Shown: positions 1-10,479 of the stretch, in pieces | Layout of the letters: every line of letters begins with the position of its first letter | Position numbering within the stretch: position 1 is the first letter of the stretch | Source of the DNA: Roseibacillus sp. | GTDB lineage: Bacteria; Verrucomicrobiota; Verrucomicrobiia; Verrucomicrobiales; Akkermansiaceae | Direction: 5' to 3' | DNA length: 64,000 nucleotides | Assembly (NCBI GenBank): GCA_965242925.1 | Contig: CBDEUM010000030.1 | Location: 311,172 to 375,171 of the forward strand | Translations under genes and position numbers: made by a program | The notes under the pieces: generated by a model | What the model was told of the DNA's origin: nothing | Databases searched by the model: none | Seen by the model: the letters and a program-made list of their open reading frames with translations, nothing else

Positions 1-82
1 CTCGAACATCCTGCAAAGAGACGATCGCCGCATCTCCACAATTCCTGGTAGTTTTTAAGAAGAAATCAATTAGGATCAACTC

Positions 83-1453
83 GTGGATCATCATTTGCAC
101 TACACTCGGAGGCAGGTTCTTCGTTCGAGCGTGGCGCTGACGGGATTGACCCTCCCCAACTGGATGCAGATGCGGGCGCAGGCTGCGACCGAGCAGGCCC
201 TCGAGACTGCTCCGAAGGCGAAGTCGTGTATTGTCCTCTTCCTCTGGGGCGGATTGGCGCAGCAGGAGTCCTTCGATCCGAAGCCTGATGCCCAATCGGA
301 GTATAAGAGCCGGTTCGGCGAGATCCCCACCGCCACGCCCGGCATTCAATTCTGCGAATACCTTCCACTGCTGGCCAGGCATAGCGAGAAGATGGCAATC
401 GTGCGGTCGGTGCACCACACCCAGGGAGCGCACGGAAGCGGACTCTACAAGAGCATGACCGGTCGCGATCCGATTGGCGGCACGAGAGCCCGCAATCGTG
501 CCAACTGGCCGTCGCTGACCTCATTCCTTGGAAGGTTTCAGAAGCAGACTGCCGGTGTCCCCAATGCCATTCGCATGCCGCATACCATGTACGACAATGG
601 CACACTCATGGCCGGTGACGATGCCGGCTGGCTGGGATCTGATTATGATCCGGTCATGCTTCGCATCCCCGACGGCACGCCCTATCAGGGGACGATCCGG
701 CATACGGAGCCCGCACTCGATCTCACTCTCGGAGTCAAGTCGGACCGCTTCCGAAAGCGCCTCCTCATGCTGAACCAGCTCGAGCGCCGGCTCGCTGCGA
801 AGGGGGCCGCTGAATACCAGGAACTGGATCACTTCCGCCAGATGGCGGCCGACATGCTGGTCAGCTCGCCGGTCAAGGAGGCTTACGACCTCGAAAAGGA
901 GGATCCCAGGCTGCGCGCGATGTACGGCGATCACATGGGCGGACAGGGAATGCTTCTTGCCCGTCGGCTCACCGAGGTGGGAGTGCCGGTGGTTCAGGTG
1001 GTGTGTGCCGCCGAAGACCTTCAGGGCGGCTACTCGGACACATTTGACACCCATCACAATCACTTCCCCAAGATGAAGGAGCGACTCCTGCCCGTGTTCG
1101 ACCAAGCCGCCTCCGCGCTTCTCACGGATCTCGAACAGCGTGGGCAACTCGACGAAACCCTCGTTGTCTTCCTCACCGAGTTCGGACGCACGCCTAAGAT
1201 CAATGGCAAGGGCGGACGCGATCATCATCCGGCCGTCTATTCCGTCGCGCTTGCAGGTGGCGGCATCCGGGGGGGGCAGGCCTACGGCAGCAGCGACAAG
1301 AATGCCGCCCTGCCCACCAGTGATGCCTGCACCCCGGCCGATCTCCACGCCACAGTCTACAAGGCGATGGGCATCGATCACCGGGCCGAGCTTCACGATC
1401 GGGAAGGACGCCCTTTCATCATCTGCGAGGGCAATCCGCTGCCACTGTTCTGA
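83..1453 (+). CDS. DUF1501 domain protein with Tat-like N-terminus
   Basis: TRRQVLR twin-arginine-like start; motifs AKSCIVLFLWGG..QQESFDPKP, LLARRL.E.GV, FDTH, EFGRTPKIN..GGRDH are typical of DUF1501. Confidence 0.92.
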   Translation: MDHHLHYTRRQVLRSSVALTGLTLPNWMQMRAQAATEQALETAPKAKSCIVLFLWGGLAQQESFDPKPDAQSEYKSRFGEIPTATPGIQFCEYLPLLARHSEKMAIVRSVHHTQGAHGSGLYKSMTGRDPIGGTRARNRANWPSLTSFLGRFQKQTAGVPNAIRMPHTMYDNGTLMAGDDAGWLGSDYDPVMLRIPDGTPYQGTIRHTEPALDLTLGVKSDRFRKRLLMLNQLERRLAAKGAAEYQELDHFRQMAADMLVSSPVKEAYDLEKEDPRLRAMYGDHMGGQGMLLARRLTEVGVPVVQVVCAAEDLQGGYSDTFDTHHNHFPKMKERLLPVFDQAASALLTDLEQRGQLDETLVVFLTEFGRTPKINGKGGRDHHPAVYSVALAGGGIRGGQAYGSSDKNAALPTSDACTPADLHATVYKAMGIDHRAELHDREGRPFIICEGNPLPLF

Positions 1454-1467
1454 TTCGATCTCAATTC

Positions 1468-3897
1468 ATGTCCCCTGAAGTCCGCCTGTCACTTACTCTT
1501 TGTTTCGCTCTGAGCGCAACGACCCCCGCGCAGGAGGTCCGGTGGAGCAGCGACGAAGAGATTGCGCTGATCGGTCCCCATGCCCGCCACCAACTCGTCC
1601 TGATGTCACCCCGGCATGACCTGACACGGAAGGCGACATACACCTGTGATCCCGAGGGCATTGTCGAAGTAGACCAATCTGGCTACCTGCGTCCCCTGCG
1701 CAACGGGACCGCTACCATCACCGCCATCTGGAAGGACACTCAGAGCGCTGGCCGAACGGTCACGGTGGAACGGCATCATGAGGCAATCCCGGTGAGCTTC
1801 GCCAACGAGATCGTCCCTCTCTTTACCCGTCATGGCTGCAATGGTGGAAGCTGTCACGGAAAGGCGGGAGGGCAGAACGGCTTCCAACTCTCCCTCTTCG
1901 GATTCGAACCGTGGAAAGACAGGGATAATATTTCGGAGGGACGTAGTCGCCGCATCTTCCAAGCGGCTCCGAAACACAGCCTCCTTGTATTGAAGGCTTC
2001 CGGTCAACTTCCGCACAAAGGCGGATCCCGCCTGCACAAGGACAGTGACGACTATCGCCTCCTCGTGCGATGGATCGGTCAAATCAGTTCCACCTCCGAC
2101 AATAGAAAAGAGACGCCCGGGGTCGAAGGAATCGTGGTCATGCCTTCGGAGCGTCTCGCAGCGGCCGGGGTGTCGCAGCAACTGCGCGTCACCGCTCACT
2201 TTACGGATGGATCGACCCGCGACATTACCCGCGCATCGGTTTACGAGTCCAACAATGAGAACATGGCGGAGGTGGAGCTTGATGGCCTGGTCCATCTCAA
2301 GGACAAGACCGGCACTGCTTCTGTCATGGTGCGGTTCCAGGAACACGTCACAGTTTTCCGGGCAACCATCCCTCTGGGCGTCCCCGTCGAGAACATGCCT
2401 GGACCGACTAATCTGATCGACGAGCATGTCTTTTCGAAATTACGGAGACTGGGGCTTCCTCCTTCCGGTCTTTGCGACGAAGGGACATTCCTGCGCCGCG
2501 TGACCGTCGATATTGCCGGTCGCCTTCCCAACCTGGAAGAAACCAGGGCGTTTCTCGCCGATGAGTCACCTGACAAGAGGTCGCGCATCATTGATGCTCT
2601 CCTGAACGGCAGCGGTTACGCCGACTACTTCGCCGGCAAGTGGGCTTCCATCCTGCGCAACCAGCGCCGGAATGATCGGCACAGACCCGATACTTACGCC
2701 TTTCACGAGTGGATTCGCCAGTCGCTGCAGGCGAATCGGCCCTATGACGGATTCGTCCGCGATATCCTGACCGCGACGGGTACGATTCGCGATAATCCTC
2801 CCGTAGCGTGGTACCGCAACGTGGGGGGCGAAAAGGAGCGCATGCAGGACATGGGACAGGTGTTCCTGGGAGTGCGGTTGCAATGTGCCCAGTGCCATCA
2901 TCATCCCTACGAAAAGTGGAGTCAGGACGATTATTATGGCCTCGCCGCCTTCTTCACCACCCTGGAGAATAAACAGGCCCGCCCCGGGGAAGGGGCTTTC
3001 GTCCATCGCTCCAAAATCGCTCTATCAAAGAACCCCAGCAGCGAACAAGATCTCGGTCCGGCCCTGCCAGGGCGAGGTTCACTGGAGCTTTCCCCCGGGG
3101 ATGATCCCCGTCAGGCCCTGGCTGACTGGGTGGTCGATCCGGAGAACCCCTACTTCGCCCGCATGATCGCCAATCGTTACTGGAAGCATTTCTTTGGACG
3201 AGGCCTGGTCGATCCCGAGGACGACATGCGCACTACAAATCCTCCCACTCATCCTGCCCTTCTCGCCGCCCTTGAAGAGCATGTCATTAAGAGCAAGTTC
3301 GACCTGAAGGCGCTCATCCGGCTCATCTGCAACAGCGGCACCTATCAGCGCAGTAGCATCCCTAATGAGCATAACGGCGAGGACCAGCAAAACTATTCGC
3401 GCTTCTACCCCCGCCGCCTGCAGGCTGAGGTCCTGGCGGATGCCATCAACCAGCTCACCAATGGATCCGATTCCTTCCGGGGGCAGCCCGCGGGAGCACG
3501 GGCCGTGCAACTGCCCGACGATCAGTTTGCCCGCGAGTTTCACTTTCTCGCCATCTTCGGCCGGCCTAATATGGCCAGTGCCTGCGAATGCGAACGGAGT
3601 TCCAGCTTCAGCCTGGCCCAGGCAGTGCAACTGGTGAACTCAAAGGAAACCAGTGCTAAGCTCGCCTCTCCCCTCTCCCGGGTTTCCCTTCTCCTCCGCG
3701 ATGACGACCGCTCTGACCAGAGCCGGATCGAGGAACTCTACCTGAGGGCCTACTCCCGCCCCTCCACTTCCGAGGATCTAGTGATCGCCAAAAGCCACCT
3801 CGACGAGGCCAGCGCCAATCCAACGGCCCGGCGGGCCTCCTACGAGGATCTGGTCTGGGTGCTCCTCAACAGCCGGGAATTCATCTTTAACCACTGA
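1468..3897 (+). CDS. DUF1549/DUF1553 domain protein with Ig-like (BIG2-type) domains
   Basis: Signal peptide; GCNGGSCHG, FLRRVTVDIAGRLP, LQCAQCHHHPYEKW, NRYWKHFFGRGLVDPEDD, ACECER, EDLVWVLLNSREFIFNH. Confidence 0.92.
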   Translation: MSPEVRLSLTLCFALSATTPAQEVRWSSDEEIALIGPHARHQLVLMSPRHDLTRKATYTCDPEGIVEVDQSGYLRPLRNGTATITAIWKDTQSAGRTVTVERHHEAIPVSFANEIVPLFTRHGCNGGSCHGKAGGQNGFQLSLFGFEPWKDRDNISEGRSRRIFQAAPKHSLLVLKASGQLPHKGGSRLHKDSDDYRLLVRWIGQISSTSDNRKETPGVEGIVVMPSERLAAAGVSQQLRVTAHFTDGSTRDITRASVYESNNENMAEVELDGLVHLKDKTGTASVMVRFQEHVTVFRATIPLGVPVENMPGPTNLIDEHVFSKLRRLGLPPSGLCDEGTFLRRVTVDIAGRLPNLEETRAFLADESPDKRSRIIDALLNGSGYADYFAGKWASILRNQRRNDRHRPDTYAFHEWIRQSLQANRPYDGFVRDILTATGTIRDNPPVAWYRNVGGEKERMQDMGQVFLGVRLQCAQCHHHPYEKWSQDDYYGLAAFFTTLENKQARPGEGAFVHRSKIALSKNPSSEQDLGPALPGRGSLELSPGDDPRQALADWVVDPENPYFARMIANRYWKHFFGRGLVDPEDDMRTTNPPTHPALLAALEEHVIKSKFDLKALIRLICNSGTYQRSSIPNEHNGEDQQNYSRFYPRRLQAEVLADAINQLTNGSDSFRGQPAGARAVQLPDDQFAREFHFLAIFGRPNMASACECERSSSFSLAQAVQLVNSKETSAKLASPLSRVSLLLRDDDRSDQSRIEELYLRAYSRPSTSEDLVIAKSHLDEASANPTARRASYEDLVWVLLNSREFIFNH

Positions 3898-3946
3898 ATC
3901 CGGCTGCTGCAGGGTGTCTCTCGGCAGAGCAATCCACCACCCCACA

Positions 3947-6358
3947 ATGCCTTTCAAGACAACAAGGATTGTACCGCTGCAACTCGTCGCCCTGGTTACT
4001 GTCACCGGCTCTCTCCCCGCCCAGCTTCCTGTTCCGGTTCTGGAATCCATTTTTCCTGCGGGAGGCCAAGCCGGAACCACCGTGGAGGTCACCGTTACCG
4101 GGGAGGAACTGGAGGGGGCCACCGGGCTTCTCTTTTCCACTGCCCGACAAGGGTTCACCATCACCAGCGCAGCCCTTCCCACCACCGTCTCTCCCGGGAA
4201 TCCCAATCGCTTCCGCCTGCAGATTCCGGCAAATGCCAAGCCTGGGTGTTACGGTGTCCACGTCCAATGTGCCCGGGGCCTGAGTTCCCCACGTGCCTTT
4301 GTGGTAAGCAACAGACCGGAGCTCATTGAATCGGGATCAAATACAAGCAGGGACCGGGCCATGAAGATTTTTCCTGGAATCATCGTCAACGGACAGGCAG
4401 ATGAAAGTGCCAGTGATATCTATCGCCTCGATCTGAAGGCTGGCGACAAAATCCGGATCGCCTGCGAATCAGAAGCACTCGCCTCCAGGCTCAGTGCAGG
4501 ACTGGTTCTCTACGACGAGGCCGGACTCGAACTTGACCGGGATCGCAACAACTCCGATCGCAATGCGATGGTCGCGATGTCCACGCCCGTGGATGGGAGC
4601 TATTTCCTCCATGTCTCGGACTTCACCTACCGCGGAGGAATCGGCTACACCTATCGTCTCGAGGTCGAACGCGGACCACAGATTTTCTTCCTCTTTCCTC
4701 CTGCCGCTCAGTCGGACAAGAACAGCACCTTTACTCTCTACGGACGCAATCTCCCCGGCAGTGATCCTTCCAAGCGGGTGCAGGTGGGCAACCGTCTACT
4801 GGAAACCCTCCAGATCAAGGGGTCGGTCCACTCGCTCGAAGAATTCAAGGGTCATGGCCGCATCCGTCAGGCCATGGTGCCGACCAGGTCTTACCGACTT
4901 CAGGACGGAAACGATGTCTCGAATCCGGCACCGCTGGGCATTGCGTCCGCACCTGTTGTTCTCGAGACCGAGACAGGAACCGACGGGCAACCCCAGAGTG
5001 TTCAAATCCCCTGTGAGGTCCAGGGCCGTTTTCACCGCACCCGCGACCTCGATCGTTACCGCTTCGAAGCCAGTAAGGATGATGAACTCTGGATTGAGTG
5101 CCTCGCCCAGCGCATCGGCACCACCGTCGACCCAGTCGTTACAATCGAAAGGGTCATCCGGAATGAGCAGAGCGGAGAAACCGCCCAGCAGGCAGGCTCT
5201 GTCGACGACCTGGGGGATGACACCGGAGAACGCAGGTTTCCACTTCCCTGTGGTGATGCTGCCATGTCCTTCAAGGTTCCCGAGGATGGGACCTATCAGG
5301 TCAGTATCCTCAACTTGGCTGGCCGCGGAGGAATCGACCAGGTCTACCGCTTGGCCATTCGCAAACCACTGCCAGGGTTCGAACTGCTGGCGATTCCCTG
5401 GCGCCAGGTTCACATCAAAAACGAAGTGGATATCCTTACCCCGGTCCTCCCCCCGGGAGGAAAAACCGAGATCCGGGTCTTTGCCATGCGCCAGGGCGGA
5501 TTTCAGGGAGAGATCGAACTCAAGATCGATGGCCTGCCACCCGGGGTAGAGTGTCCCCCGGTCTCAATGGGTGGTGGCCGGGACTCCATCGTAACGCTCA
5601 CCGCAGATCCCGGCACCGAACAGTGGGATGGCCTCATTTCCGTGCAGGGAACCAGTGGGGGCCTGACGCGAACCGCCAGGATCGGAATGCTTCTCCACCG
5701 TGCGAAGGATTTCAGCAAGGAAACCTACTCCACGGCACTGGCACGAAGCCTCTCTCTTTCCATACCCGGAACGGGGAACCCCTTATCGATCATGATTCCC
5801 GGAGAACAGCGCTTTGAGATCACAATCGGCGACACCCTCGAGATCCCCGTGAAACTGCTCCGGCACCAACCCGGAGAAGAGGTCATCATCAGGTCGAAGG
5901 GACTCCCGCACAAGCACCCTGAGCTGAAGATCCCCGCGAATTCCGGAAACGGATCACTCGTCATCGCCTCTGGCAAGCGGGACGAATTCCCAAGGGAGCC
6001 TGGCACCTGGACATTTCGGCTCATGGCGGAGGCAGCCTTCCAGCACCAGCCGGGTCCGGCCGCTGTCCTTCATGCCCGGGCTGGGCAAGCCCGCCTCAAG
6101 ACCGAGGAACGAAAGCTCCTTGAAGAAATCCAGGCTTCCCCCTCACTAGGCGCACCGGAAGCCCGCGAGGAAGCAGCGCTTCGCGCAGTGGAAGCGGCCC
6201 GAAGACTACCTGTCCTCCAGTCAGCGATACGGGCCACCTCCGAGCGAATCAAGGTGATCTCGGAACGCACGCGAGCCAGCAGTCGCAAGATCCAGGTATT
6301 CTCCATTCCGCTGAGCATCACGGTCAAGCCACGTGCCACGGAAGAACCCCCTGAATAA
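3947..6358 (+). CDS. PPC (pre-peptidase C-terminal-like) repeat secreted protein of the DUF1549 operon
   Basis: SIFPAGGQAGTTVEVTVTG start and repeated D.YRF/L.A..G PPC-like modules; usual third gene of such PVC operons; ATG at 3947 preferred over GTG at 3914. Confidence 0.8.
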   Translation: MPFKTTRIVPLQLVALVTVTGSLPAQLPVPVLESIFPAGGQAGTTVEVTVTGEELEGATGLLFSTARQGFTITSAALPTTVSPGNPNRFRLQIPANAKPGCYGVHVQCARGLSSPRAFVVSNRPELIESGSNTSRDRAMKIFPGIIVNGQADESASDIYRLDLKAGDKIRIACESEALASRLSAGLVLYDEAGLELDRDRNNSDRNAMVAMSTPVDGSYFLHVSDFTYRGGIGYTYRLEVERGPQIFFLFPPAAQSDKNSTFTLYGRNLPGSDPSKRVQVGNRLLETLQIKGSVHSLEEFKGHGRIRQAMVPTRSYRLQDGNDVSNPAPLGIASAPVVLETETGTDGQPQSVQIPCEVQGRFHRTRDLDRYRFEASKDDELWIECLAQRIGTTVDPVVTIERVIRNEQSGETAQQAGSVDDLGDDTGERRFPLPCGDAAMSFKVPEDGTYQVSILNLAGRGGIDQVYRLAIRKPLPGFELLAIPWRQVHIKNEVDILTPVLPPGGKTEIRVFAMRQGGFQGEIELKIDGLPPGVECPPVSMGGGRDSIVTLTADPGTEQWDGLISVQGTSGGLTRTARIGMLLHRAKDFSKETYSTALARSLSLSIPGTGNPLSIMIPGEQRFEITIGDTLEIPVKLLRHQPGEEVIIRSKGLPHKHPELKIPANSGNGSLVIASGKRDEFPREPGTWTFRLMAEAAFQHQPGPAAVLHARAGQARLKTEERKLLEEIQASPSLGAPEAREEAALRAVEAARRLPVLQSAIRATSERIKVISERTRASSRKIQVFSIPLSITVKPRATEEPPE

Positions 6359-6492
6359 CCCGCCAGAACCGGAAACATCCCTATTTTTATAGGGTTTATA
6401 TCCAACAGAGGACCACCCCTGTACGCAGAACCCCCCGGGAACGCAGGCACCATTGCCCCCCGCGCCTCGGCTGTGCTAGGAATCGCGGTGCT

Positions 6493-6591
6493 ATGAAGAT
6501 GCTCGTCCTGCTGTTTGCCGCGCTACTGGTCGCGGGTTGTGGTGAGAACGCGGCGAGCAACTCCGCGTTCACGTCAGCTTCTAGGCATTGA
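6493..6591 (+). pseudogene. Truncated lipoprotein 5' module (MKMLVLLFAALLVAGCGENAASNSAFTSASRH*)
   Basis: Lipobox VAGC; 6478-6548 matches 30668-30738 with 3 mismatches in 71 nt, and the core matches 9894 onward. Confidence 0.75.
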
Positions 6592-6635
6592 AGTTTGCAG
6601 CAGCTTCAGATTATCGTGACGCTTCGTTCTTAGCC

Positions 6636-6851
6636 ATGAACCCGCGATCAAACATCCAGCATCCAGCTCGACTCAATGTCGTCACACTCTTCGCCTGCAT
6701 CTGGGCCTGCGTCGCAACGCCCCTCCACTCTGCTCCAACTCTCACCACCGATCGCATCCTCCAAAAAGCCCGATCGCACTGGGCGTTCCAACCGCTCAAG
6801 TTCGATCTCCCACCGCCCAACTCCAACTCCGGCTACCAAGGCGCCGAGTGA
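6636..6851 (+). pseudogene. 5' fragment of a DUF1549-type gene
   Basis: Signal peptide followed by ARSHWAFQPL, the motif preceding DUF1549 (compare EEHWAFVVP and GHWSYD in the other copies here); stops shortly after. Confidence 0.65.
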
Positions 6852-7185
6852 AGAAGTTAAGCCTGTCGAAGAAAAACAGCAGGAGGTTAAGCCTGAAGAA
6901 CCCGTTGCTGAAACTGAAAAACCAGAACTGACACTGAAGGAGAGGGTAGTTGGAAAGTGGGATTTCGGAGGAGTTACCCTTATCTTTGATAAAAATGGAA
7001 CGGCCAAGGCTATGAGAGGAGGAAATTTAATAGGTGGTCGAACTTGGTTTATCAAAGATGGAAAGATTCATACAATTAGTGATGGCCCAGCTAAAACAGT
7101 GGTGATTTATGTAATGAATGAAGATGGTAATTTGCAACATCCCTCTCGCGGTGAAGCAAAAAGAATTAAAACCGAAGACAACTAA
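6844..7185 (+). pseudogene. AT-richer 3' fragment of an exported protein (Glu/Pro/Lys linker + small beta domain)
   Basis: Abrupt composition shift near 6850; EEVKPVEEKQQEVKPEEPVAETEKPE linker then VVGKWDF...; no own start or signal peptide. Confidence 0.6.
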
Positions 7186-7458
7186 ACCAACCCGCTCCAC
7201 CACTTGAACGCCGCAGGGTTGTTGCACCCCCACCTCCCGGGCCGCCATTCAGCCCAGCCGGCAAAAGGAAAATCCTAGCATTCATTGAAGGAAAATCCTA
7301 GCGTTCCTCGTTCCACTTGTTCGGTCTCGATATCAAGGACGTCAACTACGCCTGCCCCAACGGGGTCACCAAGCTGACAGCTCGTCAACGGCCTGCTGAA
7401 GAACCCGGTGTGGAAAACCGCAACCCGGAAGGCCGCCCTGATGTGTAGCGTTCGCCGA

Positions 7459-9546
7459 ATGTCGTGGTTCTCCCGGACCACGCTGGCCGGGTTCACGGTG
7501 TTGGTTGCGGCGTTGGCGGGATCGTGCCGGATCTCGACGGCCGCCGGGCCCAATCTCGTCGCCAACGGTGGCTTGGAAACCGTGGATCCGAAGTACACCG
7601 ACCGGCCACGGGGGTTCCGACCCGGCCGGGTCGGCAAGGCGTTCTCCGAGATGACCTGGACATCACCGGGCCACAACAGCCGGCGATGTGTTTCGGTCAC
7701 GACGAAGGACTCGTCGGGCCTGGGCTACTGGCAGACCCTGGTGACCGTGGAGCCCCGGACCACCTACACCATTTCACTGGACTACCGGGCCAGGGCCGCG
7801 GCGCTGGAGACGGGCATCCCACACTTCCCTCGTAGTCGACCGGGCGGTCCGAATCTCGAGCTGGGCATGCTGCCGTCGGATGCCACCGTCGCCGGGCAAT
7901 CGACGACCTGGTCGGATATCGGGATCGCCCTGGATCCCGTCGGGGGCATCTTCCTGCCGTTGGCGACCGAGTGGTCCCGGTTCCGGCACACGTTCAAGAC
8001 GCGGGCGGGACAGACCCGGCTGGTCGTCAAGTTGCGTCTTTGTCATTACGCTCAGCAGGTTTGGTTCGACAACCTCTCTGTTGTCGAAGGCGAGTTGCCG
8101 AGGCCCGGGATGGTGGCCGATCCACTGTGGGCAGCCGGCGACACCACGCCACCGGCGGTCTTCCGTCCTTCGCCGCTTCCGAACACGAAGGCCGCCCGCG
8201 ATACGATCATCGGGGCCGTCTTCTCCGAAGACGGGTCGGGCGTCGATCCGAAATCCGCCCGGGTGCTGCTCGACGGAAAGGACGTCACCTCGCTGGCTGT
8301 GATCAACGCCGGCGGTCTCCGTCTCTCACCGGACCATCCGCTTGCCGAGGGCCCGCATCGCGTCTCGGTTTCGATTGCCGATCGCGGCGGCCTCCGCAGT
8401 AACACGCTTGCCTGGCAGTTCGGCGTCGGTCGAACGCTGCGGAATACGCTGGTAATGAAGGTTGCGAAGGACGTGAAAACCTGGTCCACCCGACTCAACA
8501 GCGAGCCATTTTTCCCGATCGGGATCTATGCCTACTCCTGCCAACCCGGCGACGGCCGTTTTCGGGCCGATCATCTTCGGCAGGCGGTCGACGCCGGTTT
8601 CAACATCGTGTTCAACACGATCGAGACCCGACAGGGGCTCGACATCGAACTGGCCCACGGCATCATGGGCACGCTGAACATCACGGCCGGATTGAAACAC
8701 TGCACCGACCCCGAGGCGGCCGCGGTGGCATTGATGAAGATGGGGCAGGGCCGCTTCGCCGATCATCCCGGGGTGGTTGCCTTCTGGGCCGACGATCCGG
8801 AGAACGTCGAGAACTCGATGGGGACCCCGATTTCGGCGACGGCGATTGCCAAGATGCGCACCGCCCGCGTGGCCCTGCGGAAGGGGTTCCCGCGGATTCC
8901 CATGGTGTTTGCCATCTCCAACCTCCCCCGCCTGAAATCGGCAATGCCTTACGGCGACATCCTGCTCAGTTACCGCTACCCGGTGCCGCAGTATCATCCG
9001 ATGACGATCAACGCCTTTACGATCCAGACGTGTCGCAGCCTGGTGCCTGACAAGCCGTTGTGGTTTCTTTCGCAGGCGGTCGATCTCGGCTACGGGGCTC
9101 GGTTCAAACTGCCCCGGCCGATGCGGCCGACGCCCGGCGAGGTGCGGGCCATGGCCTTCTACAGCCTGGCTTGTGGCATCAACGGCTACGCCCTGTATGC
9201 CAATTTCCTCAACGACAAGGATTACCCCGACCACTGGGCCACGGCATTGGACGTGGCACGTCAGATCCGGTACATCGCCGGCCCGTTGACCGCCGGACGG
9301 GATGTCCGGACAGCGCGTCTGGATCCCGGACCGGACACCGGCTCCATCTTCCATCGCGAACTCCGGCACGGTGACCATCACACGCTGATCGCGATCAACA
9401 TGTCGGCCGGGGTGGTTCCGGTGACCTGGCTGTTCAAGGAGCCCGTGGAGGCGCAGTCGCTCTTCGAGAACCGCAAGATGACCAGGCCGTCCGACAGGGT
9501 CCGCGATGTGTTCGGTCCCTGGTCGGTCCATCTCTACCAGTGGTGA
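7459..9546 (+). CDS. Secreted protein: CBM4/9-like domain + Ig-like domain + putative glycoside-hydrolase-like barrel
   Basis: NLVANGGLE...VWFDNLSV (carbohydrate-binding jelly-roll); DTTPPAV...SGVDP...LAEGPH (Ig-like); LNSEPFFPIGIY, AGFN, DHPGVVAFWADDPE, PTPGEVRAMAFYSL (GH-like). Confidence 0.7.
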   Translation: MSWFSRTTLAGFTVLVAALAGSCRISTAAGPNLVANGGLETVDPKYTDRPRGFRPGRVGKAFSEMTWTSPGHNSRRCVSVTTKDSSGLGYWQTLVTVEPRTTYTISLDYRARAAALETGIPHFPRSRPGGPNLELGMLPSDATVAGQSTTWSDIGIALDPVGGIFLPLATEWSRFRHTFKTRAGQTRLVVKLRLCHYAQQVWFDNLSVVEGELPRPGMVADPLWAAGDTTPPAVFRPSPLPNTKAARDTIIGAVFSEDGSGVDPKSARVLLDGKDVTSLAVINAGGLRLSPDHPLAEGPHRVSVSIADRGGLRSNTLAWQFGVGRTLRNTLVMKVAKDVKTWSTRLNSEPFFPIGIYAYSCQPGDGRFRADHLRQAVDAGFNIVFNTIETRQGLDIELAHGIMGTLNITAGLKHCTDPEAAAVALMKMGQGRFADHPGVVAFWADDPENVENSMGTPISATAIAKMRTARVALRKGFPRIPMVFAISNLPRLKSAMPYGDILLSYRYPVPQYHPMTINAFTIQTCRSLVPDKPLWFLSQAVDLGYGARFKLPRPMRPTPGEVRAMAFYSLACGINGYALYANFLNDKDYPDHWATALDVARQIRYIAGPLTAGRDVRTARLDPGPDTGSIFHRELRHGDHHTLIAINMSAGVVPVTWLFKEPVEAQSLFENRKMTRPSDRVRDVFGPWSVHLYQW

Positions 9547-9591
9547 GTCCCGGGCGGATGATCACAGCGCCTGGGGAACGGAACCAACTCC

Positions 9592-9783
9592 ATGTCTCGA
9601 AGAGTCGTGTCCTAGCCGGCCGGCTGCATAGTCCTGCCGGTTGTTCTGCTGATTGTCCTGGCTGCCAGGCCGGGTGATTCCCAGCTTGCGTCCAGGGCCG
9701 AAGATTCCGCCGGGCCGGTTGAGCCGATCGACATCGGTTCGCGGCGCGAGTTGTTCGTGGACGACTACCTGGTCGGCCGTTTT
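9592..9783 (+). pseudogene. 5' fragment of a planctomycete-type secreted protein gene
   Basis: Reads MSRRVVS*PAGCIVLPVVLLIVLA...PIDIGSRRELFVDDYLVGR; internal TAG; similarity ends at the 13-bp repeat at 9782. Confidence 0.65.
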
Positions 9784-9879
9784 GTTGCACCCCCTCCATA
9801 CGCTTGGTGCCTCCTTTTCATCACACCCCGCCCCTCTCCCCGCTTGCCGACTGCGCCTGGGGGGCGGTAGGGATGGGGA

Positions 9880-10479
9880 ATGAAGAGACTCGCCCTGCTG
9901 TTTGCCGCGCTACTGGTCGCGGGTTGTGCTGAGAAGTCGTCATCCGAAGGTTCGGAGTCGGCCACTGGCAGGATCCCAGACCTTCCCGAGATCAGCCTCA
10001 CCGTAGAGGCGCAGCTCAAGGCCCTCGGCTTCCATCAAGCGGGCGCCTTAGGGCATAAGATTAAAGGTGATGCGGTCACTATCACTAGCTGCGATGAAAA
10101 AGCATCCGGTGCGTTAACCATTCCTGCGACAATTGAAGGCAAGTCGGTCACCAGCATCGCGTATAATGCCTTCATTTATCGCACTCGCCTGACGAGCATC
10201 ACAATTCCTGACGGCGACATCAGCATCGGGGAAGACGCCTTTTATGAATGCACCAGCCTGACCAGCATCACGATCGGTGAGGGCGCCACCAGCATCGAGG
10301 ATGGGGCCTTCTATGGCTGCAGCAGCCTGACCGCAGCGACATTTCTTGGGGATGCTCCCAAGGATGGGGGAAGAGTTTTCAGCGAATCCTCCCCAATAAT
10401 CTACCGCAAACCCGAAGCGAAGGGCTGGGGTGATACATTTGGTGGCAGACCAGTGAAGCTCATCAGCGAGAAACCCTGA
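9880..10479 (+). CDS. BspA-type (LRR_5) leucine-rich repeat lipoprotein
   Basis: Lipobox VAGC; IPATIEGKSVTSI and LTSITIPDG..SIGE.AF..C.SL repeats. Confidence 0.88.
   Translation: MKRLALLFAALLVAGCAEKSSSEGSESATGRIPDLPEISLTVEAQLKALGFHQAGALGHKIKGDAVTITSCDEKASGALTIPATIEGKSVTSIAYNAFIYRTRLTSITIPDGDISIGEDAFYECTSLTSITIGEGATSIEDGAFYGCSSLTAATFLGDAPKDGGRVFSESSPIIYRKPEAKGWGDTFGGRPVKLISEKP

Noticed and set aside
7265..7302. 15-bp tandem direct repeat aaggaaaatcctagc
   Set aside because: Only two copies 8 nt apart; could be a regulator site or local duplication, but nothing supports a function.
7389..7408. ggcctgctgaagaaccc resembling an IS terminal inverted repeat
   Set aside because: No partner inverted repeat or transposase was found.
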